Below, in pieces: positions 39,900-53,926 of a stretch of DNA of 64,000 nucleotides. The notes beneath the pieces are model-generated. The model saw only the letters and a program-made list of their open reading frames with translations. It was not told where the DNA came from and did no database searches. Origin of the DNA: Octopus bimaculoides (Eukaryota); contig NC_068982.1 in assembly GCF_001194135.2 (NCBI RefSeq), positions 129,704,379 through 129,768,378 of the forward strand, written 5' to 3'. Both the position numbers and the translations under genes were made by a program. How positions within the stretch are numbered: position 1 is the first letter of the stretch; each line of letters begins with the position of its first letter.

Positions 39900-40780
39900 G
39901 AACAGCCAAGCACCCTCATGGGCATCACCTGACACCTCAGTAAGGTGAGCCGCCAACAAAGACAAGAACTTCACTGTTAGTGGAACTAGTCCATGTTAGA
40001 GTGGGCAGGATATTGCCTACAAAAGGGGAGCAAGCATGAATGGAGGAAAGAAAACAGGGAAGAGACAGAGACGAGCACTTGTACAGACCTAGATCCCCCC
40101 ACCCAAGCTCTACTAAGAGAGTCTGACATTGACCAAGCATTAAAGTTTCCTAAAGACTAGGTTGCCAAAGCACTGGAGAGACGACGAGAATCTATAAGAG
40201 GGACTAACTGACACAATACAAAAACTTAGGAATTAACAAGTAATTCCTAAGTATAAAAAAAAACCTTGGTGGGGCTCAATTACTTCAAGACTTTTTTAAA
40301 AATTGCTCGATGTTAGCCATTTTGGATCAAAAGATAGACTTGAAAGCTAGGCCAGTAATTGGGACTCCAAGAGAGCACTATGGATGAGAAACCACAATAG
40401 TGGGGAAGGAGTCTGTAAACAGTTTTACAGTCTGCTGGATGGTTGAGGAGCTCACATTTGGAATTGTTAATGCTAAGGCCCCTATGAACAAGTTCCTCAA
40501 TCAGCATCCTCACAGTTGCAAGAACCTTGTGAGGAAGGATCCCCAAACAAGCATCATCAAGATACCAGACATTCAAGTCCAAATCAGCTCCTATCTTGGT
40601 AACATCATCAATACACAGTGCAAAAAGAGGAGGTCCAAGTGGGTCACAGTTCGACTTCAAAGGCTGATGGGATGAGGTAATCACCAAAGGAGAGGTAGGA
40701 GGGCTCCCAATAAACTTGCCAAGCAAAGTGACAGAGTTATAGAACATTCTCCCTTACTGCATGGAGGATAACATACCAAG
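39900..40780 (-). mobile_element. CRE-clade-like non-LTR retrotransposon RT fragment
   Basis: DPLGPPLFALCI...LNVWYLDD...GLSINNSKCEL plus downstream GDLGLYKCSSLSLPCFLSSIHACS, resembling the CRE-type post-RT motif LPVRLGGLGLR...LPAFLAS. Confidence 0.65.
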
Positions 40781-41789
40781 TGATGAAGTCAAAAGCATTC
40801 CTGATCCTCAAACCAAAGAGCTGGACCAAATACTTGCAAATGAGCAGACTCTGCTAAAGGACCACATGATGATGCTAAACTAAACATCAGACTAAATCTA
40901 TTGTCCATGTAGATCAAAGTTGGATTTGAACTTAAAATGCCTACAGCCAGACCTAAATAGCACAAAACATCCAGTGCCACTAAATAAAAACTCACAAATG
41001 TTAAAACATGATAATTTCTAACAAAGATCCTCAAAGCCACAAACTTGGAAGGGAGCACTCAGTCAATTAGATTGACTTGTACTTGACTGGTATTTTATTG
41101 AATCCAGAGCAAAGTTAAACAACAGGATTTGAGCTCAGAATACTGAGACTCAGAATAAATACAAGGCATTTCTCCATTGCTCAAATAACTTTGTTCATTA
41201 CTCCACATTACTCTACAACAGACTCAGAAAAGATTCAATGCAAAAGGAAGAAATTTTTTGTTTTACAGTTAACTTTTTACCAGAGTAGAACTTCACATGT
41301 TTCACCTACTATGTAATTATAAGATTTATTGCTTTTTATTATATATAAAAATCACTTCTTTAAGTAGAAGGTATTTAAAAGCATCACTAATTTAAATGAT
41401 AAAATAAAGTTTATATTATTTGTTGTAGATAATCATTATCTACTGTTGACTAGATTTGAGAAATACTTTGACTATAGACCGGATTTTGGAAACTTAAATA
41501 CTAGAGATTAGCAGGTTTGGTGACTAGCACAAGTTTAAAAAGAGTTTATCACTTTCCAAGAAAACTAAAACAAATATGAATACATTAAGAAATTTTTTAT
41601 CTCAGCCAGAAATGCTTGAAAGAACAATACAAAAGGGGGAGAAATTGAAGTATGATATTGCTGAAAGTTCTGAACATTTTTCAATATACAAAAAGGGATA
41701 TAAATAATTGACCTTTCAATAAATTTTATTCAATGAAATAATTTCCATTATTATTAATGACCTTTGCCCATCTATCAGGCAATTTAAAT

Positions 41790-42985
41790 ATTTCATCAAC
41801 TTTCTTCGGGTAACTAAAGACATGGTTAGGCATCGTCTTGTTGGACCCCTTTCCTGTTGGCAATCTCCAGCCTCAATTCTTGGATTTTGGGGTTCAAATT
41901 AGCCAGCTAATGACAGTACACATAAGAATTAACGGTCTGGTTTTGTGGGAGAAGCTCACGATAAATAATGCCTTTATGATCCCACCAAACATAGCTTTTT
42001 TGGCATGGATATTCATCTTTGATTGCTGTGCAGGGGTATCCTTATGCAAACTCCAGGACCTTTTTCATACTATGTTTTAGTACACAATCAATTTTTTATC
42101 TCCAATCAAAAGTTGCTTCAAAAAAGGTATGCTTTCTGTTATGTTGACGCCCCCAGGTGAAGAAATAGGATCTCCCAAGACAAATAAATAGAGGTAGTCT
42201 GGCCGTGATAGAGTGTTGAGTAGCAGTTGTGTAGCGATCATCCGAAGGTGCTAGATAGCAGTAGCTTGAGACATAACACTTTCATTCCATTTCAAAAGCA
42301 TATCACAAACGGAATACCGGTCCAAGCAATTCTTTTCTGAGAGTTTGCAAGGGACCTATATACTATAGCAAAAAATGTACCCTAGCTTCACTAGGTGTTC
42401 ATAAGCTATACTTTTAGAAACTTCCAACTCCTCTGCAAGTTCTCTGGTTGTGATATTTGAGTTTTCTTTGATTTTTGCCTTCAAAACATCATCCAATTTT
42501 GAAGGTTTTCCACTGTGTGATGAGTGAAACGACCAGCATTTAGGCAGCAAGACAGACTGAAAACTTGCGGAGATAAGGGGCTTACGACAGTGACATCTCA
42601 ATTCTCTATAGGATCTTCTAAGCTAAACACTCCAGCTTTAAATTTTGAAAACCACCTTTGAACAGTTGATTCACCTACAGTATCATTACCATAAACTTCA
42701 CAAATGTTTCTGCAAGTCTTTGCAGCATTTTCTCCTTTTTTTAAAAAAAAAAAGCATTACAACACAAATATGAAAGTTTTGGTTATTCATTTCAAATATC
42801 AATAAAGGGTGACTGGAATGAAAGTTAAATCTATTTTTAGTCAGGAACAAAGAAGAGATGCACTACTACTTCAAGCAACACCGAAGTTTTAACTGTGTTA
42901 CGTTTCAGGTGTGTTCAATGAAGAGTTAAAAGGCTTAGCTTAGCTTAAAAACACTCGGAACTTTCTAGACAACTTAATTTAGCAT
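41790..42985 (-). mobile_element. Decayed mariner (DD34D) transposon with internal insertions
   Basis: KKGENAAKTCRNICEVYGNDTVGESTVQRWFSKFKAG, SGKPSKLDD...ITTRELAEEL, WWDHKGIIYRELLP, QQDDA; TIR-like TTAAGTTGTCTAGAAAGTTC near 42985. Confidence 0.85.
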
Positions 42986-44489
42986 AAAACCGCACCAAAA
43001 ATTTTCTAGTTGATACATCTTGACATATTGATATGTCTAGTAGTAAAATGATACTCCTGTTTCAGATATCAAGGAGATAAAAATAAAACAAAAGGTGGTA
43101 TTGATGTGATAACACTGGTGGTGACAGACCAGTGTAAACTCAGTTGTTGCCCAAAGCCTTGCAAAGTTTTATGGATGTGTCAGTTCATAGTGTGTTCATG
43201 ATTTTACTTTCACAGAAGTATTTTAATGTATTTCACTGGTAGTCCTCACTAATTTGTAACTGTAGTACAATTATTCTACCTCTTTTAAATAAGAATCAGT
43301 GGATAAGTACCATAAATTACATCTTCCTTGGATATTATATCTTCTTTTGTTTCCTGTTTCTTATTCTGAGTAACATCTATTAAGATTTTCTGCATTCCAC
43401 TGATCTTCCTATACACTCAGTAGACCCAGTCATGTTTCAGTTGACTAGCAGTATATTAACTTTGCTAAGATTCATCATTTACCTCCAGTATTGCTAAACC
43501 CAACACTTACTGTTTTCTTAGTGAAATTTATCGACTAGCCTTCTCTAGCTCATTCTTGTATCACTTATCTACAAGCATGTATTTTGTTGCTTTGTGTGTT
43601 AGCTTCTTATTTCATATCTATTACCCTGCAGTGAAGTCATATCTTATCAAATACAAGGATTCCCCCTTCCCCCACATCTTTTATTTAGCAACTGAAAACA
43701 AACATGGTTATTTCAACTTTCTCTCCTAGTTAAGCTTGTTCTAGCTTATATCATCCCCTATTATCTCTTACACTTTACTTTAATATACTACAATAGGCAT
43801 ATGAGGTAGATGGTTGCAACACTACCCACTGGTTTAGGAAAGGCTAAGTTTTAGAAAAAAATTCAGGTGAAACCGTAGTCAAAGAATGATTACTGAGGTC
43901 AATTTTGAGGGCAGAGGAGAATAACTTTCTAATATTCAATGCATAATTAGAACTGCAGTGCAAAATTTATCCTTGATTCTTTCCAGGTTGCATTCTTCAA
44001 GCATTCTTTTGGCACTCACAGTAGATTGAAGTGTTATCTACACAACACTATTAAATTATTTGGCTCTGATCTGTAATTAATATTCATGCACAAATGCAGT
44101 TCTATGTGAATATGTTGTCAAAATTATTATCAAATTCAACATTAGCAAGAATAAGAAACATCTTGATCTGAGTTTCTGTTTGAACTTTTTTGATGTGACA
44201 ATTCAGAATGTCATCAAATATTGTCATTTTGCAATCAAAGATTTTTGCAATATTTTTGTTGTACAAGCTTAATAGTTTTATCGTGATTATATTATCTACT
44301 TAATTGTTTTTTTGATGGGTAGAGTGCAGTTTGAAAATTTAGTAGGATGCCAAAATCTTAGGTTCTCTCTCAGCTCTCCCATCTCCATTACCACATCCAA
44401 AAAATGTCACCTATACATAAGTATGAGCTATTGATACTTACTTGTCTTATTCTTTGTACATAGCCATGTTAGTTTTTATAGTACATTGA

Positions 44490-44850
44490 ATATACAGCAT
44501 ATCAATTTCTTGGAAACTACAACCCACCATGCTCTGAACATCTTGCTTCCCTGGGTATGAACACAAAGCTCCAATATCTGACAACTGACTTGGTAAATAC
44601 TCACAAGATTATCGGCCATCTTTCCAACAACAACCCTGAGCACCTTTTTGGATTCCTTATGCTTAACACTCATGGACATGCTTACAAAATCAAAAAATAA
44701 CAGCACCCATGACACTTGGAAACATTTTCCCATGCTCAGAATTGCTGAAACATGGAATCCACTACACGCATCAGTTGTTAACTGTTGGCACACTACATCC
44801 TTCAAAACTTCTATGCTTCACAAAATTTGCCAACAATACACATGATGCTC
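44490..44850 (+). mobile_element. CR1/L2-type LINE 3' end
   Basis: LASLGMNT...DLVNTHKII...THGHAYKIKK, then (frameshift) RIAETWNPLHASVVN; matches the CR1 C-terminal pattern. Confidence 0.7.
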
Positions 44851-45999
44851 TTGCCTCCCTTATTTTTTAAAGGAGTCATTCACTGTTCACTTCCTGTGCA
44901 TTATTCTATATGCTGTTCATGCACTTTGGGCTACTTTTCTGATGAGTTGTAGTGCATCTAAGTAAGTTAATTATTATTATTACCAATCAAAGCTCAACTC
45001 CTTACTTCTTGCCATCTCAATGCAAACCACCCACATAAAATACAAGTGCTTTTTAAAGATGAAATAAGCTAAAGAATATTTGAGATTGGAAACTAAAATG
45101 ACCTCATAGTAAAAATATTTAATAATGTAATGTGATGTGATAACAATGCTTGCTTATTTTCAGTAGTAATAAAGCACTTCAAGTTTTTCTTTTTCTTTTT
45201 TCCTTTAATGTGTCCAGCTGCTGTGTGCGCAGATGTTATTTTTTAAACAAAGATTTTTATAAACAACCTGTTGATTATTTCATACAGATCAATACATAAT
45301 TTATTGGAAAGAGAGCTACTGCAGTTCAAGAAGACACTTGTCATTCTTTAAATCCAAAAATGTCAGCTTCAGCAGAATTTAAAAATCCAGATTCAACAGA
45401 CTTAGGAGACACAAATGGTGACAAGAGTGATTAAGCTGTGACACACTAAAGGATAAGTAGCTCAGCTATATTGTGGTCAGATTTCAGAAAGTCATACACT
45501 TGAAAATACAACTGTCTGGAAGCTGAGTTTCTAAAACAATTGCTGTTTAGATTCAGCAACAACCATTGAAATGAATTCCATTGATAACAGTTCAGAAAAT
45601 TTACAAGCATTATTTGGCTTAAGTTCTTAAAGTACAGGTCTATATATGTACTTCTTGCTTGTTGAGTTCTGAATAGACACCACTGTTATTCTGCTCCATC
45701 AATGAATTTGAGAACCAACTACTACCAATACACCAATACTACCAACATCATCCAGCTACACCTATGAGTGAAATGTAAATCTTATAACTCAGAAGCCTAT
45801 TATATCACCTGATGAAGTTTCTTCTGCACTATGGGGTGCATTCGATTTCATTATACTAAAAAAGGAAAAAAAAAAAAAAAACACCCTGGGTCAGTAATGC
45901 AGAACTGCTTTAAATATTGCATGCTTTAATGCATTTTCCTGAATATGTGCCGCTGAAATTGCTTGTGTGTCTTTTATGCCATCAGATACACTAACACCT

Positions 46000-46375
46000 T
46001 ATCTTTTAAGCATTTCAATCATTTGACTGTAGGCATGCTGGGGCACCACTTTGAAACATTTTTAGTTGAACAAATCAACCCCAGTACATATTCTTTTAAG
46101 TCTAGTACTTATTCTATCAATGTCTTTTGCCAAACCACTAAGTTACAAGTGCTTAAGCACACCAACACTAGTTATCAAATGGTGGGAGAGACAAACACAG
46201 ATACAAATACACACACACACACATATATATTATGAGCTTCTTTCAGTTTCTGTCTACCAAATCCACTCAAAAGGCTTTGGTTGGCCTGAGGCTATAGAAG
46301 ACATGTGCCCAATGTGTGACTGAACCCAGAACCATATAGTTGGGAAACAAGCTTCTTATCACACAGCCACACCTT
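46000..46375 (-). mobile_element. SINE (6311 family), diverged
   Basis: GCTTCTTTCAGTTTC.GTCTACCAAATCCACTCA..AGGCTTTGG..GGCC.GAGGCTATAG...GAACCCAGAACCAT. Confidence 0.75.
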
Positions 46376-48438
46376 TATATGAATAAAGCAATTTTAAAAG
46401 ATGATACCTAAAGCTTTTTAGTGCAAGACTGTATTAATAATATATACAAGTTAATCACATCTTTTTAGACGTTAAAGTGAATACAAGATTTTCAGTTTTG
46501 ATAAGTTTAATTTTGACACTTCCAATGCTAATGAGGCACATTCAGAATAGCTTGGATTAGAGGGATTTATTCTATTGGATTCCTATCAATATTAGGAAAT
46601 CTTGAAGTATGGTTAGAATCAGAGCAAAATTAATTAATGAATTTTAGTAGAGATTAGTAGGAAATGTAATAAGGAAGAATTAGAATGAAGTAATTACAAA
46701 AATTATGTTTATTGGTTAATACGGACATGACTAAACAAGACAGGGTTGATTAAATAGATACTCTAATGTGGACCCCTCTTTCTCTATGCCAATATAGAAA
46801 TGAAACAATGGTGTTAAGGACTACGGATTTCAGAATAATCTTGTGTAGATGCCAACTAAGTTTCTTTTTGGATACCAATAATGAAGTATTACTTGCAATT
46901 AAAATACTACACAAGTTAGATATCAAAAAAATAATATATTTTCAGCATTAATCAGCTGCAGATGTTCATAAGTGTGCATGCATGTGCATTAGAATTTCAA
47001 ATTTAGAAATTACTTATACAATTCCTCTCAATAAATTGTATCCATGGAAAAATATTTCAATACTCTATAAATACTGAAACAAGTAGCAATATGCAATACT
47101 GCCAGACTTGACTAGTATGTGACAGCATACAAATGTTATAATGATGGCAAATGATGAAATATTAATGAAAAGAGTGTGATATGCTGTTATAGGAAATGTC
47201 TGTGACATGAATTTAAGAAAGAAAATAAATTAGAATAAATAAAACATGAGAGATCTGTCTACAATAGTTCATTACAATATTAATTTCTAACTTCATATCA
47301 TGGTCATAAACATAGTGAAGGAGGGAAGTGCCTCAGATTTAATCAATGCTATTACTTCACTGGTATATACTTAATCAACGGCAACAAAATGTAAGACAGC
47401 CTAAGACATTCCTGAAGATAAACTCAAAGATAAAGAAACTCAAAAGATAAGGGATCAAAAGAAATAAAAGACATTATTGTCTGGCAGTACCAATTCTATC
47501 TCCTACTATTTGGTTCCTCAAAACATTGGTGTCAAACTAAGAAAATTTCTACTGTACATTGACTCTATAAAATTGTAGTTGTCTATGTTGAAGCTCTTAT
47601 GGGCTTGTTCAACCTGCTAGAAATACCAACCATATCTCTTTTAAACCACACTTCCCATCTAACCAAAAATAAAAGAGTTGTTGGATCTGCTCCTGAGACC
47701 ACTGTGCCCAATGAAAAGACAGGATCTTCACTGCTGGAATGACTGATTACAGATCTGCTCAATCAAAATTGACTGGAGGCTAAAGAACAAATATCAACTT
47801 GTAAATCACATTTTTATTGAAAAGAACTTTATTTGGTTTCAGCAGAAAGTTATAAATAAAATGTATTAGATGCAAAAATATGTTTTTGTGAGAACCAAGA
47901 AAAGAAAAGAAAAAAGAAAAGACATTTCATTTAAAAGCCTATAATATTACTTTTTCAGAAGTGAGTTCATGAAACGAAATACATTTCGTAGTAAATACAT
48001 TTTTTTTTTATCTTATGGAAAAGCATTATCTAAAGGAAAATGTAATAGATACAACATCTATATAAATGTTATGACATATGATATAAAGCTTCTACTTGCA
48101 GATTTCATAATTCAGTCCATTAACAAACAATGCACTTCATTCACAAAAGAGTATTAATAGGATGGAATTGACATTATTCTAAATATACCTATAGGATGAT
48201 GAAAGACGAGACAATCATTTCATCAAAAAAAATCTAGAAATAAGTAGTTTCAATTAATAGTTCAATATATTACTAACTGAAGAAAACTATACCCTTAATT
48301 TCTGATTCAGTTTTTGATCTTAGTTGATAAAACAAATACCATTTTGTGGCGTCATTACCAGATGAATGATTCATATTTAGTTTAGAAATTTCTGAGATAA
48401 GGTAATCTAAAAATCATATATGATATCATCACCTAGAA

Positions 48439-48603
48439 CAGTGGTTCCCAACCTCTTCACTACTAAGGACCCCTTTTATTTAAATGAGCCTTCCCATGGA
48501 CCCCAGGATATTGAAAGGTCTGTCAGCTTAACATGCTGATGGACCCCCAGTACTACCTTTGAAGTCGACCAGGGGTCTGCGGACCACAGATTGGGAACCA
48601 CTG
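48439..48603. mobile_element. hAT (Charlie-like) MITE, 165 bp
   Basis: TIRs CAGTGGTTCCCAA / TTGGGAACCACTG; TSD ACCTAGAA / ATCTAGAA (7 of 8 match). Confidence 0.88.
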
Positions 48604-49139
48604 ATCTAGAAGTTTCCTTGTTAGTATCAATTAACCTTGAAGAAGAGAAAGAAAAATTAAACTACATGTTTTAAATATTTATTACGGTCCAATTTGCTTT
48701 CAGTTAAGAGAACTATGTTAAAAGTAAGAATCAGTGCTACTGACAAGATAAAATGCAACAACCATTATTTTTCTATAAAAAAAAAATTCATGCGATAAAT
48801 GGTGCATCAGATTTTTGTCACTTTTTTTTTCCATTTGTGAACTATTGGATATAGACTTATTCATATTGATAAATTATACATAAGCTATAAATTTCAATGC
48901 TACTAATCATTTGACTGCCCAGAACAGTGCATACAAGTGCAGATATAAGACTAATACTGAGCAAACGATCTACAGAATCTCTTAGAAATTCTAGTCATGA
49001 GTGTTCAGTTGTTCAATCAATTGAATTAGCATGAGTGACTGAGTATTCCTCAGACGTGTGTAACCTTAATGAATTAGGAAGTCAGAAATAGGGGCTGGTG
49101 AAGCCATAGAAATTCAACAACTAGTTCTGACTCTTTCCA

Positions 49140-49322
49140 GAGGTTGGCAAGGAGCCAAATCCTGCTACTACACATGTAGCCTTCTAGCAGCAACCATCTC
49201 CAAACAGGGTTTGATCACAGTCTCCAACAGCTTCAAATAGCTGTCTGAATTGAGCTTAAGGTCTTGTCCAAAGATGTGAGGCAGCATGACATAAAAATCA
49301 TATTTAGTCTGAACACCCTGTA
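49140..49322 (-). mobile_element. Tc1/mariner (DD37D/maT-like) transposase fragment
   Basis: MLPHIFGQDLKLNSDSYLKLLETVIKPCLEMVAARRLHV*QQDLAPC; preceded by TA-CAGGGTG TIR-like end. Confidence 0.7.
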
Positions 49323-49325
49323 TAT

Positions 49326-49374
<49 letters not shown>

Positions 49375-49383
<9 letters not shown>

Positions 49384-49760
49384 GCATGGCTGTGTCGGTT
49401 AAGAAATCTATTTTTCCCAACCACATGGTTTTGGGTTCAGTCTCACTGTGTAGCAGGTCAGGCAAGTGTTTACTCTAAGCCTTGACCAAAGCCTTGAGAG
49501 CAAATCTGGTAGATAGAAACTGAAAGAATCCTGTTGTGTATGTATATCCAGATAAGTGTGTTTGTCTCCTTGTCTTGACATTGATAGTTGTACATGAGTG
49601 ACACATTTCCCATATTCTATGAAAATAGGTTTGGCTATGGTAAAATATCACCTTGTTTGGAATCGTGATGGTTGGTGATAGGAATAGCATTCAATTATAG
49701 AAAATCTCAAACTGTTCAACCTAAGCAAGTAAGGAAAAGTGAATATTAAAATGATGATTA
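49375..49760 (+). mobile_element. tRNA-type SINE, diverged
   Basis: GGTGCAGGCATGGCTGTGTCGG...CCAACCACATGGTTTTGGGTTCAGTC head; shares sequence with the 6311 family. Confidence 0.7.
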
Positions 49761-50399
49761 TATATATATATATATAAAGATTCTTGTCAGAAACAGTGGA
49801 TATGATTTGTAGGTAGACTTAAATACCATATACCAAGTTCTAAGCCCTGTTATAAGAACAATAAATCATAATAGAACCCTTGAAAGTTGATTAAGAAAAT
49901 CCCCTGATAATTTATGCCTGTTCTGGGTGATTTTAACAAAAGTTGATTGAGACAACTGGAGAATGGTCTGAAACTGAAAACTGGAGTGTCTTCCAACTGC
50001 CTTCTTTAGCTCATAAAAGGATTTGAACTCAAAGACCTGCTGTTAGCAATGAACTCAACCTATGCCTGAGTTGTAATCAATTTATAGATGGTATGAGTAA
50101 ACTAGCAAAAGTTTGCATGTTGACAGCATAGTTGAGGCAATAGTTATGAGATATGAACTGTTTGCTTTTCAACACCATTATCTGAATACTATTGACAACC
50201 AGCTGTTACATTACAAATGGGAAATATATTTCCAGTTCCAAATGATGAGTTAGCAGTTATCTAGGTTTCTAATGTCATAGCACTCATCTGATCAATAACT
50301 CGGTATTTTTGCAGGTTGTTTTTATGAGCTTTCCAGATAATAATGCTCAATATTTAGATTTTATCCACAGTAACTATTTATAAAGTAACACTCATAATC

Positions 50400-50640
50400 A
50401 TCATTTAATATGTTTTCCATGCAAGCATGGGTTGGACAGTTTGACAGAAGCTGGCCAGCTGAAGAGCTGTCCAGGCTCCAGTTGTCTGCTTTTAGCATAG
50501 TTTCTATGACTGGATGCCTTTCCCTAATGCCAGCCACTTTACAGAGTGTGCTAGGTGCCTTATACGAGGCACGGGCATGGGTGCCTCAGACGTGGCACCA
50601 GCACTGGTGTCTCAGGCGTGGCTCCGGTACGGGTACCTCA
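50400..50640 (-). mobile_element. RTE-LINE 3' end fragment
   Basis: CATCATTTAATATGTTTTCCATGCAAGCATGGGTTGGACAGTTTGAC...CTGGATGCCTT. Confidence 0.75.
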
Positions 50641-51852
50641 CCTTCACACACAGCCTACAAAGTACTATCAACAGTGATTAAATGGCAAAAATCAAACTCA
50701 TGCCCCACTAAAATTTGTTTTGAATGTTTGCACTCCGAGTTAAAATCCAACTGTGGCCTACTTGGGAGGTTAACTTAATCCATCACTCAGATTAACACCA
50801 ACACCTAATCCTTTGGCTTGAGGACACCTTCCCACCTCCTTCCCACAAGTCTCAGAGCCCTGTAAAGAGTCATAGGCACTGCACTTCCCACTCAATAAAA
50901 GAAGATTATGTTGGTGCTGGACATGATCGTCTTATCTGTTGAATCCTGTAAAACCATCCAACCCATGCTAGCATGGAAAGCAGATGCAAAATAAGGATGG
51001 ATACTAAATAGTACAAGATATTATAATTTGGATTTTTTTCTCCAGCAAAATTACTTTACATTCAGAATAGAAATTTAACTAAAATTTTGATTAATGCACC
51101 TATTAATAAAGAAAATAAAATACTTCCTACAAACACCTTTATTACTCATTGCATCCTCAACTTTTTTGGAAATCAATTTAGGATTATACTTTCTTTTTGA
51201 TTAAGTCGCCAAAAAAAAAAAAAAAAAAAGTTCAATTTCAATGAAATGCTAAAAAAACAAAATGTTCAATATGGTACTGAAGTCTACAAATTTAAAAGAG
51301 TCAGAAATGAGTGTGCAATGTTTATAACTTTCCCAGAAGCATTAATGATAGTGCGAAAGCGAATAAGAACAGAAATCAATTTGCAAATTTAACTGGCCAA
51401 GTTACTTTACAACACTCACATCAGTCATTTAATATTGTTCATTTAATGCCCTGCCTCAAATGTACCTCCCATCTAATCTATACAGAAATGAGTTGGGAAG
51501 GGACTTTTGAGGCAGAATTTGCTGCCAGGTACTATTCTTGTTGCAAATCCTTACCTGTTTTTCAAGTAAGGGATTTTATATTCCATGGGTCTTTAAAGCA
51601 GAGAACAACTAATTGTATCAACAAGGAATGTAAAACATTATTCACAATTTTACTCAAGTGGAGCCAAGGAATGCCAACATTCACACATACAATGAGCTTC
51701 CCACAATTCCATGCACCAAATTCACTTATAAGCATTGGATGCCCTTGAGCTACATACAAAACATTTGCCCAAGACACAGTTTAGTAGGACTGAACCAATA
51801 ACAATGAGCTTGCAAAGAGAACTTCTTAACCACCTGTCATTATGTATGTATG

Positions 51853-51883
<31 letters not shown>

Positions 51884-53820
51884 NNNNNNNNNNNNNNNNN
51901 NNNNNNNNNNNNNNNNNNNNNNNNNNNNNNNNNNNNNNNNNNNNNNNNNNNNNNNNNNNNNNNNNNNNNNNNNNNNNNNNNNNNNNNNNNNNNNNNNNNN
52001 NNNNNNNNNNNNNNNNNNNNNNNNNNNNNNNNNNNNNNNNNNNNNNNNNNNNNNNNNNNNNNNNNNNNNNNNNNNNNNNNNNNNNNNNNNNNNNNNNNNN
52101 NNNTATATATAAGTTGTTTCCTTTTAAAAATGTTTTCCTGGTTACTGGATTAAACTATACAAATATAAACTTCAGTTAAATACAGATGCTTCAAAATTTG
52201 AATATTTTCTATTGCTTTATTAAATTTTTCACGGAAACAGAATTATCTAACAATATTTCCTTATTTAACAACCCAAAGTAGCCAAACAGGAAGTGCAGTG
52301 CAGATTACTAATATTGTTTGCACTTCTGCCACATTGCATTTCGGCCTTTAAACTGATATCTATGATTAAATAGTAATGACAAATACCATATATTCTAGGA
52401 TTTATTTATTGAATAAAGTGTCAGTGATAGAATAACGTACACTCTAGATCAACCAATGTGTGGTTCTCAGCCCAGAAAGGAGGGCAATAAATCTGAATAA
52501 AACCAATCAGATCACAACCCATGCTAGCATTGAAACATGAACATAAAAAAGATATTTTATAGTATACTTGACACACACACACACACACACACACACTGGT
52601 TGAAATAAACTAAATAAAAAAGAATGATTTCACATTTAATAGGTTTCTGAGAATCATAAATTATAGATTGAAATTTAGGAATCAATAAAATTTTTCTTTT
52701 GTTAATATAATTTTCTTTCTCACCTCTTTGAAGTAGAGGTCATTGAGACTATTTAATTTGTCAAAGAAACTAGCAGCATAAGAAACTTAAATACCATTAA
52801 AATTCTAATTTTAATCTGTCGTATTTTGTCGGGCAAAATTTAAAAAGAGTAGTGCTATGAGAAATTTTTAAAATCAGAATTTTTAGTAGGTAAAAAAAAA
52901 CCCCAACTTGACTTGTTTTAACTAGCTGGAAACAATAGAATTAAGGTCAAAAATACTTAATTCTAAGATTATAACTATTAGTATCCATCTAGTATTTAGA
53001 GATAAGGGTAATAGTCTGAAAAATAATCTTATTAACAGCAATTCATGTCAGACAATATTTAATTCTAGTTGAGAAACACTTCATTAAATAATATGCCTTT
53101 AAGCTAAATAAAACAAGCATGTTGTAAAACAATAGCAAAACTGAAAAGAAAAGTAGCTGTTAGTTTTTAATGGAAATTTAAATTAACTGTTTGAAAACAT
53201 TGAATTCAGTATAAACTAACCATATGTTGCCATTATGAATATCTGTAAACTTCAAGTATTTGAACTATTTTAAATAAAGGAATATTTTGAGTTTCTTGAA
53301 TGGAACAAGGTTTGTTTTTTGCAACTTTAAAATTACTTGTGATCATATGAAACGGGTTACATATCTCACACCTGACTCTTTTTCAAACTAGGGTAGCCAT
53401 GTATGTCTTCTACTGCAAGACACCTGTCTTGGTCCCTCTACCATACTCTATCCTCTCACAATGAATAAAGCCACCTCTCTCAATACTAATCCCCAGTCAC
53501 CCGAGGGGACTTTGTCTTGCAAGTTACTAAGTGACTTTGCTGGTGTCACATAAAAAGCACTCAGTATACTCTGAAGTAATTGGCATTAAGAAGGGTATCC
53601 AGCCATAGAAATCATGCCAAAGTAGATAGTAAAGCTTGATGTAGCCCTCTGGCTTGCAGCTCATGTCAAACTGTCCAACCCATGCCAGCATGGAAAGCTA
53701 ATGTTAAATGATGATATATTATATATTTACTAATTTTCTAAAAAGAAATCAATAGGTAAAAATATTCAGTATTTATAGTGTGCTTCTTTTATGTGTATAT
53801 ATATGTGTGTGTCTGCATAG

Positions 53821-53860
<40 letters not shown>

Positions 53861-53881
53861 ACACACGTGTACATATATATA

Positions 53882-53914
<33 letters not shown>

Positions 53915-53926
53915 CTATATATATAT

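Noticed and set aside
45293-45455. Acceptor-like site and frame ending MSASAEFKNPDSTDLGDTNGDKSD*
   Set aside because: All frames from the acceptor close within about 31 codons; no recognisable homology.
52284-52330. Hairpin GAAGTGCA...TGCACTTC, superficially miR-92-like
   Set aside because: Only 8 bp of good stem; too short and no real match to the mature sequence.
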